A stretch of DNA of 64,000 nt, from assembly GCF_009834535.1 (NCBI RefSeq), contig NC_045696.1, forward strand, positions 109,122,001-109,186,000, read 5' to 3'. The notes below the pieces were generated by a model that was given only the letters and a program-made list of their open reading frames with translations, searched no databases and had not been told where the DNA came from. Positions 38,110 through 49,591 of the stretch are shown here, in pieces. Numbering within the stretch: the first letter of the stretch is position 1; every line of letters starts with the position of its first letter. The position numbers and the translations under genes were made by a program. The stretch is from Camelus ferus (taxonomy: Eukaryota).

Positions 38110-38560
38110 CGGGTCCACAAGGGTCAGAGTGAAGTTTTCGTACTGTGGGTCACCAACCACCAGGTGTCTACCAAATCAAAGGCATGTAGAATGTCCAAGC
38201 ATTTTTTATTCTTATTTTTTATTGAAGTCTAGTCAATTTACAATGTTAGTCTCAGGTGTACAGCAAAGCAATTCAGTTATACATATACATACATATATAT
38301 TTTTTTCAGATTCTTTTCCATTACAATGTTCAAGCATTTCTGAAAGTGAAATCAAGAAGAGCAAAACAGCATAGAAGAGAATATAGCCAACCTCACTGTG
38401 CAGAGTGAATGTAAGTTTTATTTTATCAAACCTCTGTATCAAGTGTGAGTGGGGGTGTGTGTATGAGTTGAGGCTACTATACTGGGTTGTAGTTAGAGGT
38501 TGCTTTTAAAATATTTATGGTAGATTGTGGCCAAAGAGTTTGAAGAAACCCCTGGCCTAG
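38110..38560. mobile_element. Degraded hAT-Charlie-like DNA element
   Basis: Ends with aaagagtttgaagaaacccctggcctag, typical of Charlie termini; family not resolved. Confidence 0.4.
38205..38324 (-). mobile_element. Short young L1 3' tip
   Basis: tttattgaagtctagtcaatttacaatg; TSD aatgtccaagcattt 38190-38204 / aatgttcaagcattt 38325-38339. Confidence 0.88.
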
Positions 38561-40309
38561 AGACCTTACTTCACTTCTTATTGCTTCTTCTGCACGTGTG
38601 GGGAAAGTCTGAACCGAATGTAAGCATATTTCATACTATTAGTCAGAGAAGCCTGCACTGAACAGCTGTTCCTGCTCGCGATCCCGGAGAAGCAGCGTCT
38701 GCCGCTGAGGAGTTCTGACTGGGGCTGGGACAAGACCAACAGGGGAGGCAGGATGAGAAAGAGGGCGCCCTGTGGAAGGGCACGACTGGGGCTGCATGAG
38801 ACAAGAGATGCTTCCATGTGGCCATTTTGATGCTGACTTCTTGACACTGACAGGTTATGTCAAAGGGTAAAACACTTCCTTAAAATCATCAACCAATGTG
38901 TAAAACAGACTCTTAAAACCCTTACTCCATCCCTGACTCACCCCACCCATGGGGTGAGGCTCTGGAACTGGACAGGGATGTCTGTGTACTTCGCTTTTTT
39001 TTTTTTTTTAAGCTTAAAGTTTAATGGTTGGGTTTTAGGCTAGGTCAAAACGGCCCCACATCCAAACAACCGTATGTTTAACAGCTCCTCTGTTGCAGTC
39101 AGAACGGCTGCAGGAAAATTCCACGGACCTTCCCTGTGGGATCCCCTCACACAAACTCTTGTTTCTCCACTCTGCCAATTTGAGGTCAGGATGGCTTAAA
39201 AAGGACGGCATTTGTGTCTGCCAGGCCTGGCCTTGCCAGTGAGGGCTGAGTAAACAGAAGCCCTGGGGAAGACCATTTCTTCGCGAGGGCCCGTGGTGGA
39301 TTTTTCCAAGGGAATGAAAGGTTGCCTTTGTACAGAGCAGAGGGGAAAGAGATCCCGCTATTTCACCACTGCCCATTCTCCATGACCTCATCAGTGTTGC
39401 CTTTCTCACCATTCCATCTCTCTTGGCGCTAGAGACAAGGCCAGGAGGAGACTGATGGGCAGTGCCACCCTCACTGTGGCTAATGGTCAATGACAGCGCC
39501 CCTCACCCCCGTGACAAGGGGCTGAAGGAAGGCGGGGGCAGTAGTGAGCCCCGGACACAAAGCCGCCTTGCCCTGATCCAGGTGTGCCCAGGTTTCTCAT
39601 GCCTACCAGCCAGACCTCGATTTTTCTGGCCTGTGTTATTCTTCTCAGGAGGAAGCAACAGGGAATTGACACTTGCCCTGTAATTCAGGCACTTCCTGGA
39701 AAGCCGTAATTAGCCATCACACTGTAATTACCCGCCACCGCGCTCTTCCATTTGGAACACTTGCTTCCGTGAGTTCTATTCTTAAAGTCCTTCCCCGCCC
39801 TGAGGAACAAGACAAAGCACTCAAAGTGGTTGCTGGATGAACATTTTTCTCCTCCAAGGACCTTTATATATTCCATGCTACCCTTTGAACATCTATTTTA
39901 ATTTTCATAGAAATGAGATTATTTTTCTAAGTGACTGAAAGGCAAAGAGTCAGGAGTTATTTTCCACGACCAGCAAAGAATAGAACTGAACGCCATCTCT
40001 TGATTTTCCTTCTTTTTTAGATCGTCTAGAGGGGATGCTGCTTCTTCAGGAAGAGCCAGCCTGGTGTGGCAGAAGGACGTGCTGCCATCCTGGTGTCTGA
40101 GCTTGCATGAGGCTCCCATCTTCCCAGGGCTTGGTTTTCCAATGGGAAAAAATGAAGATTAGACTAAATCGGCATTTGCCCAAGCACCGGAGCTGGGACT
40201 CCAGGGACTTTAGTTGGCACGAGGGTGGAGCATCAAATGACACTGAAGCAGGTGCTGAAAGAATTCTTTCCTTTGCAGTTATCTTTTGAGCCTGTAGTAC
40301 TAGAGGACA

Positions 40310-40438
40310 GGAGGAAGGTATAGCTCAGTGGTAGAGTTTATGCTTAGCATGTATGAGGTCCTGGGTTCAATCCCCAGTACCTCTGGTTAAATAAAGTAAA
40401 CCTAATTACTCTCACCCCCAAAACAAACAAATGAAAAA
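40310..40438 (+). mobile_element. Vic-1-like SINE
   Basis: A and B boxes present; degenerate TSD tactagaggacag / tactggagaatag. Confidence 0.9.
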
Positions 40439-43022
40439 TACTGGAGAATAGATCCTTTCAGTTTGGTGCTGGTGGACTTTGAAAAACTCTCTAACGACGT
40501 TAATATTCCTTTATAACAGATTGAGCACACCTTGAGTTCAAGCCATCTGCTGACAATAGCAGCTGGAATTTAATAACTTCATTGTGATTCTATTTTTATT
40601 TTTTTCTGCTACCTTAACTTTCAACTTTTTAAACTATATCTAATTTTTTATTTATGGTGAAAACATAGCTTTCTTTTTAGTTTTTTTTTTTCTTCATTAA
40701 AATGGGCTTCCCATTTCAACATCATAGGGTTGGGGTAGGGAGTATGATTTAAGTAAACCTGTCGTGATTAACCTTTCCAAATATTAGAAAAGACCAAGGA
40801 ACTCTTAGGCACTTGCAAATATTGCTGAATTAAAGATAATCAATTTGAGCATGTACTCTGCAAATGAACTCTAATACTGCTTTGTTATCTATCCAGACAC
40901 TTGGCAGAAATAAACTAGGTGCAGCGAAACACCTCTATTGGCAGGGACAAGAGGGTTGTATTCTTTCCCTTTTTTCTTTATTTGAAAAATCACAATTTTC
41001 TTTCTTTTCTTTTTTTCAGAAATTTCATTCATATAGGGACTTTGGCGCTGATTGCTCCACAAAATGTAATCGTGTTGTATATGCTGTTTCACATTTTGCT
41101 TCACTTACTCAGAAACACCTCTTGGAAATTCCTCCAAGTCCACTGCTGTAGCTCTAATTCACTTGAGAACCTGTATATGACATGTATGTTCTATGGCGTG
41201 GATGTATCCCAATTCTTTCAAACATTTGCCTACTGGTGAACACTCACACTGATTCTGATTCTTGCCCTTTGTAAACAACGCTGCCATAAACATCCTTGTG
41301 TATATATATACACATACGTGTCATGTATGTATTTACACACTCATGGTTTAATATCTAAAGGGTAGACCCTCAGGAGAGGGATTGCTAGTCGAAAACAAGC
41401 TGTATGTTTATTTTAATAGATGTTCATAGATTTTATTCCCAAAAACTCACATTTCCACCAGAGCTGTATGATAGGACCTCTTTCCTGAGTCTCCTCCAGC
41501 AATCAGTGCTATACCTTTATAATCTTTGTTGTCAAATAAGCAAAGAGTGTTATTTCATTTTTAGTTTAGTTTGCATTTCCTTGATGGCTTGTGTTTTGAA
41601 CATCCTCTCTTTTGTTTCCTGGCCATGCTAAACTTCCTTTTCATAGTCTTTGCCCACTTAAAAAAAATTCGTTTATATTTATATTATCTTTTACTTATCA
41701 ATTTGTAAGAGCTGTTATTATATTACAGATATTAACCCTTTGGCCAATTCTCAGGTGTTATACTATTCTTTATAATCATTACAATAATTTTATCCTATTC
41801 AAAAATCCCTATGGAAATTTAAGGCTTTAATTTATATATTAATTTTGGAAGAATTGATAGTTTATAACATTGCCTTCTCAAGCAAGAACATCTTTCAATA
41901 AGATTTCAGAATTTTCTACAAATAAGCCTTGTACTTTTCATGCTAAGTTTATTCTAGGCACCAAATACCTTTTGCTGCTTTGTACTGAAATTTTTTTTCC
42001 AATTTCTATAGCTAGGTGTCTGTTGCTAAAATAAGGAAAGACTATTCTGACATATGTGTCATTTAAGAAAACACTTTCCAAATTATTAATTCTAGCAGGT
42101 TTTTTCCTAAAGTCTTTGGATTTTCTGGGTGAACTACAGCATGAACAGAAAGGAAAAAATAGTTTTATTTCTCCTTTTCCAATTGTTTATAGCAATTATT
42201 TAATATTCTTGTATTATTGCATTTGCTAGAACCTCCAAAGCAATGTCGGATAGCAATAGGGGTGGCAGGCAAACCTGTCAATTACCTAAATTTTAATTGA
42301 AATTATCTCAGTGTTTCACTATTTAGAATAAAATTTCCTATTGGATTTTGGTGAATCGTCTGTTTAAATATTTAAGCAGTTCTATGTCAAGTTTACTATA
42401 CATATTTTTTAGAAGGGTTGTTGAATTTTACCAAGTCTTTGCGGTATCTACTAGTATGATCCCACGATCTTTCTTTCAACATGCTGATGTAAAAAAAAAT
42501 ATGCCTAATAGAGTTACTCATACTTATTCCTGGAAAAGAATCTACTTGGTCAAAATATATTATTCTTTTGATATTTTAGAGTAGTCTATTTTTTACTTTA
42601 ATTATCAGTAGCAAATACTTATGGGCAACTAACTAGGTCATAGACATTGTTTATTTAGACCCATAGCAACAAACAAAATGCAAAATCTCTGACCTCATGA
42701 AGCCTACTTTTTAGGAAGCTGTTTGAAAAATTCAGTGACCTTCAAAAACAATCCATTTATTTCTTGATCATATAGGTCTGTCGGTTGTCTGGACTTGTGT
42801 TTAATTTTCTAGTATACATTTAGGCTCTTTATTGAAGAATATCACACTTACAGAAAAGGACACAAATCCTAAATGAGAAGCTCAAATAATTACAAGCCCA
42901 CCATTCAGATCAAGGTAGAAAATATTTCTACTATTTGCTAATACCTTATTTAGAGTTTTTGTCTTTATATTAAAAAGTAAAGTTTGGTATTCAAGTTACC
43001 CTGGCAAGTAAATAGTACTATC

Positions 43023-43428
43023 TGTACATAGTTCTTCAACCCCTCCACTCCCCCCACCTTTCCCCACCTTTGCCGAGGCTTCTACAAAGATGGAGTTGAC
43101 TTGCCCCACCCCAACATTGACATTGGCCATGTGAGTGGCTTTGGCAAATCAGATGTGAGCAACGAACATAAGCCACATTCATCCATGGTTTGACTTGGCT
43201 TCTTTCCATTCCATCCTCCTCTTCGAGAAAACCATTTCTCCAGTAGTCCTTGGTCTCCGAATGAGAAAACATGTGGAGCAGAACTAACCCCAAACTGTAG
43301 CCTGAAGCCAAGCCTAACCAAGCCCAGCCAAGCCATAGTTGACCCACAGAACTATAGCCTGTGTTAAAAGCCACTGAGTTTTTAAAAAATTGTTACACAG
43401 CATTATTGCAGCAGAACCTGACTAATAA
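43023..43428 (+). mobile_element. MLT1H/I-like MaLR LTR
   Basis: ttggccatgtga...catgtggagcaga...aagccactgag...ttgttacacagcatt...ctgactaata. Confidence 0.75.
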
Positions 43429-43661
43429 ACTTGCTTTATTAAATCAATTAGAAACATTCTGTCTTTGGCCTGGCTTTCCTTAAAGTTCAGAGAAAACTCA
43501 ATCATCAACCCATTTGGTACTAGTGTGTTTTTCAGTGGTAAATCTTTTAACACATTTCCCATAATTTATGGTAATTGGCCTTTTTATATTTTCTATTTCT
43601 TCTAGGGCCAATTTTGGAAATTTGTGTTTCCAAAGAAACATCCATTTTTCTCTAGGCTTTT

Positions 43662-43750
43662 GGGGGGATGGGTATTGCTCAGTGGTAGTGTGTACACCTA
43701 GCATGCATGAGGTCCTGGGTTTCATCCCCAGTACCTCCATTAAAAAAATT
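43662..43750 (+). mobile_element. Vic-1-like SINE, short tail
   Basis: tRNA-like body; TSD tttttctctagg at 43645-43656 and 43753-43764. Confidence 0.88.
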
Positions 43751-44964
43751 TTTTTTTCTCTAGGTTTTCAAATTTGATGTTAAAAGACTTGCATGTAGTA
43801 TTCTTAACAATTATTTTTGATCATATCTGTAGTTATGTCTCCTTTCTTATCCCTGATCATGTTTATTTTTGCCCTTTCTCTCCCTTTGGACTAAGGATTA
43901 AGATCAAGTTCGTGGAAAATTTATCAGTTCATTCATCTATCATCCAGACTTTTTCCTTAATTTCCTTCCCTGTATTTTTGTTCTGTGTTTTAAGTTATTT
44001 GCTGACCTTGGCTTCTCTGAATCTCAGTAGTGACCATTTTCTCCTTCAACTCAACAATTGAATTGTTTAATTGGGAAATCACATTTTTTTTAGCTGCACA
44101 AAGTCTCTTTTTTGCTATATTTAAATGTTTGCAGTGCTTTAAAAAAAGAAAACTTATGTTGTTATATTTATGTCCTCTTTCAGCAGCTCTGTTTCACTGG
44201 ATCTGGGTTCTGTTTGCCCTTCCTCTCTCTGCCAGCTCACAGAGGCTCAGGTCCAAGTGCTGGGGCAGCCTAAGGGATGGGTATTCTGTTGGTGGAAAAG
44301 GGGGACAGGGTTCTGTCTTAATCAAGGCAGCATAGATGCCAGCCTGCTGCTCATCTCCTGTAGGGGCTTCTGGAAAATGCTTTCCTGGTCTGGGAGTCTC
44401 CAGCCTCAGGAACATGAAAACTTAGCCCGGTGGTTCAACAACTTCTTAGCTGTTGGGATGAGGGGACCAGATGCCTTCATCTGGCCAAACGTCAGCCTTC
44501 CCCTGAGCATCCACAGATGTCTTCGGTACAAATTCTCCTCCAGACTCCAGCTCTTCTTGGACCTTTCTTCTGGTTGAGAGAGAGAGAGGGAGAGAGAGAA
44601 AGGGAGAACTTCATTTGGAAAGGGAACCACATTCAAGTTACCATAGCCCTAGACTCACCTCTAAAATATCCTTTTAAAATAAATTTAGTTTAAAAAAGGC
44701 AAGAGAATTTCAGACCTCTATTAAGTAAATAATATTACAGGTGGTAACATGCCTCAACAGAAGTCACAATGGTGGTGCGCGGATGACAAAACCTGGGAAA
44801 ACCTGCACCAGAAAAATGTTGGATATCCCTTTCATAGCAGAATTCTACACAGCAGAATGACTGGAATGCTCTTCTAACAGAGTGTTACGTGCTGCTTTAA
44901 AGAAAAAAAAAGAGAGAGCTCACAATCAAAACTAAACTAGAAAAATGACTTCTCTATGGTCAAA

Positions 44965-44966
<2 letters not shown>

Positions 44967-45006
<40 letters not shown>
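44967..45006. repeat. (AC)20 microsatellite
   Basis: Seen directly. Confidence 0.95.
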
Positions 45007-45010
<4 letters not shown>

Positions 45011-45579
45011 AAACTTTGCAACCACAGGTTACCTGGCTGCCAGGAGCTCTTCAACAACAAAGGGTCCTGTGCTGGGTCCTTCCTCCATCTGCAATAGCTG
45101 TGTCCCCTGACGATGAAGGCAACTCCCCCTAAGGACTAGACACTCCACTTAGCTCACACAGTGTCCTCCGGCAGGAAAGCTTCAAGGCTAGGGAAAGGGC
45201 CTCTGTGGGTCACCTGCCTCGCCGGGTTCAGATACCCTTTGCTAAGGAAGAAGCACGAAGCCCTGGGAGGGGACGGAGCCTACAACAGTAGTTGCCAGGA
45301 CCTGCCGGCTGGAAGGGAAGGAGAGGCGAAGCCAGCAATCCTGAAAAGGTGCTCAGCGACCCCACGATTTGCATCCCCCGAACCACGTAGTGGAACCAGG
45401 ACCAGGCTGCAGCCCACTCAACTCCGATTCAGGGCCCTCTGTGTCGCAGCCCTGTCTGAGACTCCCAGCCGCGTGGTTTCTGATACTGAGCTTGTCGCTC
45501 AAAACTAAACGCCATTTCTCTCTGAAGTCGGCTCCTGTGCCAGTAGGAAAGCCATTGTGCTCTGGTCGCTGGGATTGCC

Positions 45580-46150
45580 ACGCCTGCGACCTTTGCAAGC
45601 ACTCACTGGCCCAAAGCTCCGCGTGAGCAAGTGTGCATGTGTGTACGTGTGCAAGCGCACCCCAGAGCACACGCGGATCTGGCCCCGCACGCCGGCCCAC
45701 AGCGGGCGCCGGGCGCACGGGGACGGACGAGTCCAGCTGGCGCGTGGCCAAGCCCCGGAGGTGGGGGTAGGGGTCGGGGTGCTGGAAGAATTCAGTTATT
45801 GTTCGCGGGGCGGGGCAGTCGCCGCCTGCAGCCGGCGGGCTGCGATCTACTGAGAGCGCAGCCGGGCGGCCGGCTCGGCGGCGACGCATATCCCCGCGCA
45901 CCTGCCCGCGCCCTCTCCTCCCCGCCCCGCGCGCCATCTGTCGTCTGAAAGCCATTGTAAGCGGCCGCGCCTGGCGTCCTGGACGACACCCAAGGGGACC
46001 TGGGGCTTAGCCCGGGCGAGAGGCAAACAAGGAGGGTTTATTCCCAATCCCGTTTAGAGGTGACCTTGAGCAAAATAGCAAAGCCCGGGGATATCCGCCC
46101 TCACCGCCCTCCACCCCGCGCCCCAATTCCAGCTTTGGGCCCCGGGTTTC
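45580..46150. promoter_or_regulatory. CpG island
   Basis: Very high CpG density; GC boxes 45807-45816 and 45920-45929; NotI site 45961-45968; CpG-rich shoulder extending back to ~45150. Confidence 0.85.
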
Positions 46151-47086
46151 TCTGGGGGCCCCTCCTGCACCTAGACACCCAGAGCTCGCCATCTGAGCCG
46201 GAGCTTTCTGCTAGGGTTTTCTGGGATGTTATCTGGACTGGAGGAACCCAGCAGCCGACAGATCCCACTGCAAGCCTCCCTTAAGAGTCCCCGGGGGGCC
46301 TGTTTCAAATGCAGATGGAGGTTTTGTCAGCCAGTCTGATCTCTGAGTTTATCCCAGTTGTCGGGCCTCTTGGGATGCTGGCTTGAGAGAAATATTTCTC
46401 TTTTCTGCAACTGCAAATGCCCCCCTTTCATGTCCCACCAGCCAGCCTGCTGCCCCAGCAGTCTTCTTCACCCACATTTGTTTAATATCTCACATCTTCC
46501 TTTAAGTTAATGGACGTTTCAAATACTTTGATATATATCGACCCAAATCAAAACAGACAAACAAACAAAAACAAAGGATGACCAACATGAGCTCACCTTT
46601 TTAACTACCATCTAGTCCCCCAAAGATTCTAATCACCCACCGTCCCTCCTAGGCACCTCCCCAGCCCCAGCTTGAGGTACTCGCCCCCACAACTCCACTC
46701 CCTGCTCCCCAACACATCACAAGCACCTTACCTCTTTTCCTAGATGGGAAACCAAAGGCTAAGAGACAGGGGGAACTGTGGACAGATGTGCACTTTGTCT
46801 CTTTGAATTTAACAAAAGGCACTGACTCTCAACTTGGACTGCTATTACTAGGAGGCATATCATGCAAAGAGGGGTGTCAGGGCTCAAGAGGGGGAGACTT
46901 AGGGCTGATCTCTGAGGTAGGGCCTCACCAGGACGCCCTGCAGCCAGGAAAGGGGAGGGCTGGCACCCCAGAAGTTCCAAATCGCCAGGAAGCATGCTCG
47001 CACAAGGCAGGGCAGAATCCCATGCAGAGTTGTGCTCTCCTCCTCTAGAACTTTCAGGGCTTCCAGGTCATAATTCTCCATCCAAA

Positions 47087-47691
47087 TGTTGCAGGAAAAT
47101 GGTCACACCCAAGGTCTTGGGAAAGTCCCTGGGATACGCCTCACCAAATGAGGGTCCTTGGCTTGCGCATCAAGGAATTCAAGAGCAAGCCATGGTAAAG
47201 TGAAAGCAGGTTTACTCGGGGAGACACACACTCCACAGGCAGAGTGCGGGTGGTCTCAGAAGGCAAGAGAGGGCCCTGGAGATGGGGTCGTCTTGGAAAG
47301 TAAGAGCAGCTGAGGAGATATACATTCCTTAGGCAGAATGCGGACCATCCCAAAGTCGAGAGGCCCCTGGGGGTGGGGTTGTTTTTGTGGGCTCAGTAAT
47401 TTCATCTGCTAACAAATGGGAGGATTATTCCAGCTATTTTGGGGAAGGGGCTGGGATTTTCTGGAGCCACTGCCCACTTTTTAACCTTTTATGGTCAGCC
47501 TCGGAAGTGTCATGGCACCCGTGGGAGTGTCATTGAGCATGCTGTTGTATTACAATGAGCATATAATGAAGTTCAAGTTCTACTGGGAGTCAACTCTTCC
47601 GCCATCTTGGGTCTAACAAGTTTACCTCATATCCTCAATTGCTGTATTGTTCTTTTAATGGTTGTGCCCTGCCCCCTTCCCTCCGGTCTCA
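47087..47691 (-). mobile_element. ERV1-class solo LTR
   Basis: TG...CA ends, 605 bp, 4-bp TSD caaa at 47083-47086 and 47692-47695, internal duplicated segment. Orientation inferred. Confidence 0.8.
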
Positions 47692-48059
47692 CAAAAGAAG
47701 GCCTGATGGGGTAGATTCCGAACTTGGAGTAGAGAGGTCTTGCTGGGCTACTGTACCTCAGGTCTCCTCCGTTGGAGAAGACTGGGTCCTCAATCCCCAT
47801 TCCTATCTCCATCAACTTACAGATGGAATATTTCTTAAAGTGTGTTAATATTGCTGATTATTCCTGGCCTGTATGTGTGTGTGTGTGTGTGTGTAGATGT
47901 TGCATGCACATGGTACAGACTTCAAAAGGAACAAATGATTGTTCCATGAAAAGCTTGTCTCCCCTCCACCCTGACCCCAGAATGCCAGTGTTTGGCTTCT
48001 GCTTGGCCCCAGGAATGCCTAGGCTTCCATCCCAGCTGCTGGGCTCCTGTCTTGCCTCC

Positions 48060-48230
48060 TGCTGTGGGACCCAGTGCAAGGCTCTCCTCTCTGAACCTTG
48101 GCTGCCTCCTCAGTAAGACGATGGGAAGAACAGCTGCCGCACGGGGTTGTTAGAACAAGTGAGAATGTGTCAAAAGCGTTCCAGGCCCGCTGGAGTGCTG
48201 TGTGCTGGCAGGTTATCGCTGTTAGCTACA
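48060..48230 (+). mobile_element. MIR
   Basis: ctctctgaacctt...ggggttgttag...tgttagcta. Confidence 0.55.
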
Positions 48231-48388
48231 AAGCACTGTTCTCATTCCCCTGCCCTTGTTGTGCAAAGTCCGAAGGGATCGGATTTGAAGCTCTTGGATG
48301 AGAAAAGGAAAGATTTGGCAGCTGGGAGTTTATTGGCTGTTCCAATGTGGAGGAGAGCTGGAGTTAATTAAAAATGGCTGGAGGGAGG

Positions 48389-48768
48389 TGTGTCAGTCAG
48401 GTTTTGCTGCATAACAAGCAACCGCAAAATATTTATGACAATAAGCCTTTCTTCCTCAGCACTTGCAGGCCAGCTGCAGCTCTGCTTGAGGTTGTGAACT
48501 GTGGAGTGGCTGGGCAGTTCTGTTCCACATATCTTATCCTGAGGCTAGACTGAAGGGTCCAACTCCTTAGAGTATATTCTTCTGGCAATAACAGAAGCAT
48601 GGGGTCCCAACCAAAATACAAAAACATATACTGCTAACATCTTATTGGCCAAAATATTGGCCCAATCCAAAGGAAGGGAGGATAATATTCACCATGAAAT
48701 AGTGGCAACGGTACGTATTACCATGGAGCAAAGAATTGGGAGCAATAGTTCAGTCTCTCCTTTCCACA
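48389..48768 (-). mobile_element. MLT1H/I/J-like LTR
   Basis: tgtgtcagtcaggttttgctgcataacaa...gctaacatcttattggccaaa...ccaca. Confidence 0.7.
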
Positions 48769-48954
48769 TTCCCTTCCTAAAGGACACCCGTCCTCACAGC
48801 CTTAAATACCACACATTTGCTAAGGATTCCTTAACTTACATTCCCGTCCAGAGCCGTCGCCTAAGTTCCAAACCCCCCTGAGTTCCCACAACCCCTCTCT
48901 CCCAAGTATATCCATCACAGATCTCACACACTCTCCAAACAGGACTCTGGGTTC

Positions 48955-49591
48955 TGTCGACTTAAATAAAATGCACAACGTAAAAGTTGAGAGTTATGTT
49001 TTATTCAGCAGACATTTCTGAGGACTTAAGCCTGGATGACAGCCTCTCAGAATGCTCCGGGGGACTGCTTCAAAGTGGCAAGGTAGAAGCCAGGATATAT
49101 GAATTTTTGCAACAAAGACCAGGTAGTCAGAACATCAAAGATTACTGTTAATTAGGGGGAGGGGGAGGCTATAGCTCAGTGATAGAGTGCCTGCTTAGCA
49201 TGCACAAGGTCCTGGGCTCAATCCGCAGTATCTCCACTAAAGAATAAATAAATAGAAATAAAGTTTAGAAAAAGATTACTGTTAATTAAAGAAAATCAGA
49301 TAGCTCCAGTTAAGGAATTTAGCGCTTTTCTATGTATGGGAAGGTGCAAAGGTCTGGGCTTATTGAAATCATTCCTTTGACATGCACCTTAGCTATCTAG
49401 GGCCAGCATCCTGTCCTTTCACATCCTGAGTTCTCTCACGGTGCACCACTGGTGATGACTGCAGAGGCTGGGCTGCTTGCTTGTCTGCATCCTGAGTTCC
49501 CTCTGCTCACTGTCGGGGCTGGTAGTGGCGATGACTTGATGGCCACAGCATCCTTTGTTTACTCATATGGCTGACAATATTTTTGTCCACA
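48955..49591 (-). mobile_element. ERV1 solo LTR (cetartiodactyl MER41-like)
   Basis: TG...CA ends; perfect 4-bp TSD gttc at 48951-48954 and 49592-49595; AATAAA on the minus strand near 49000. Family name from recall. Confidence 0.85.
49155..49270 (+). mobile_element. Vic-1-like SINE inside the LTR
   Basis: Perfect 18-bp TSD aaagattactgttaatta at 49137-49154 and 49271-49288. Confidence 0.94.

Larger units (their letters stand above)
41040..44170 (-). mobile_element. Ancient L1ME-like fragments with nested L2, MLT1 and SINE
   Basis: T-rich antisense L1 motifs (aacgctgccataaacatccttgtg; ttagtttgcatttccttgat; ttgctagaacctcca). Confidence 0.75.

Noticed and set aside
45353..45955. 200-aa Arg/Pro/Gly-rich ORF
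   Set aside because: Low stop-codon frequency in a CpG island explains it; no recognisable protein.
48955..49591. MER41-like LTR as an interferon (GAS) enhancer
   Set aside because: I found no intact TTCNNNGAA in this copy; the closest is TTCTGAGGA.
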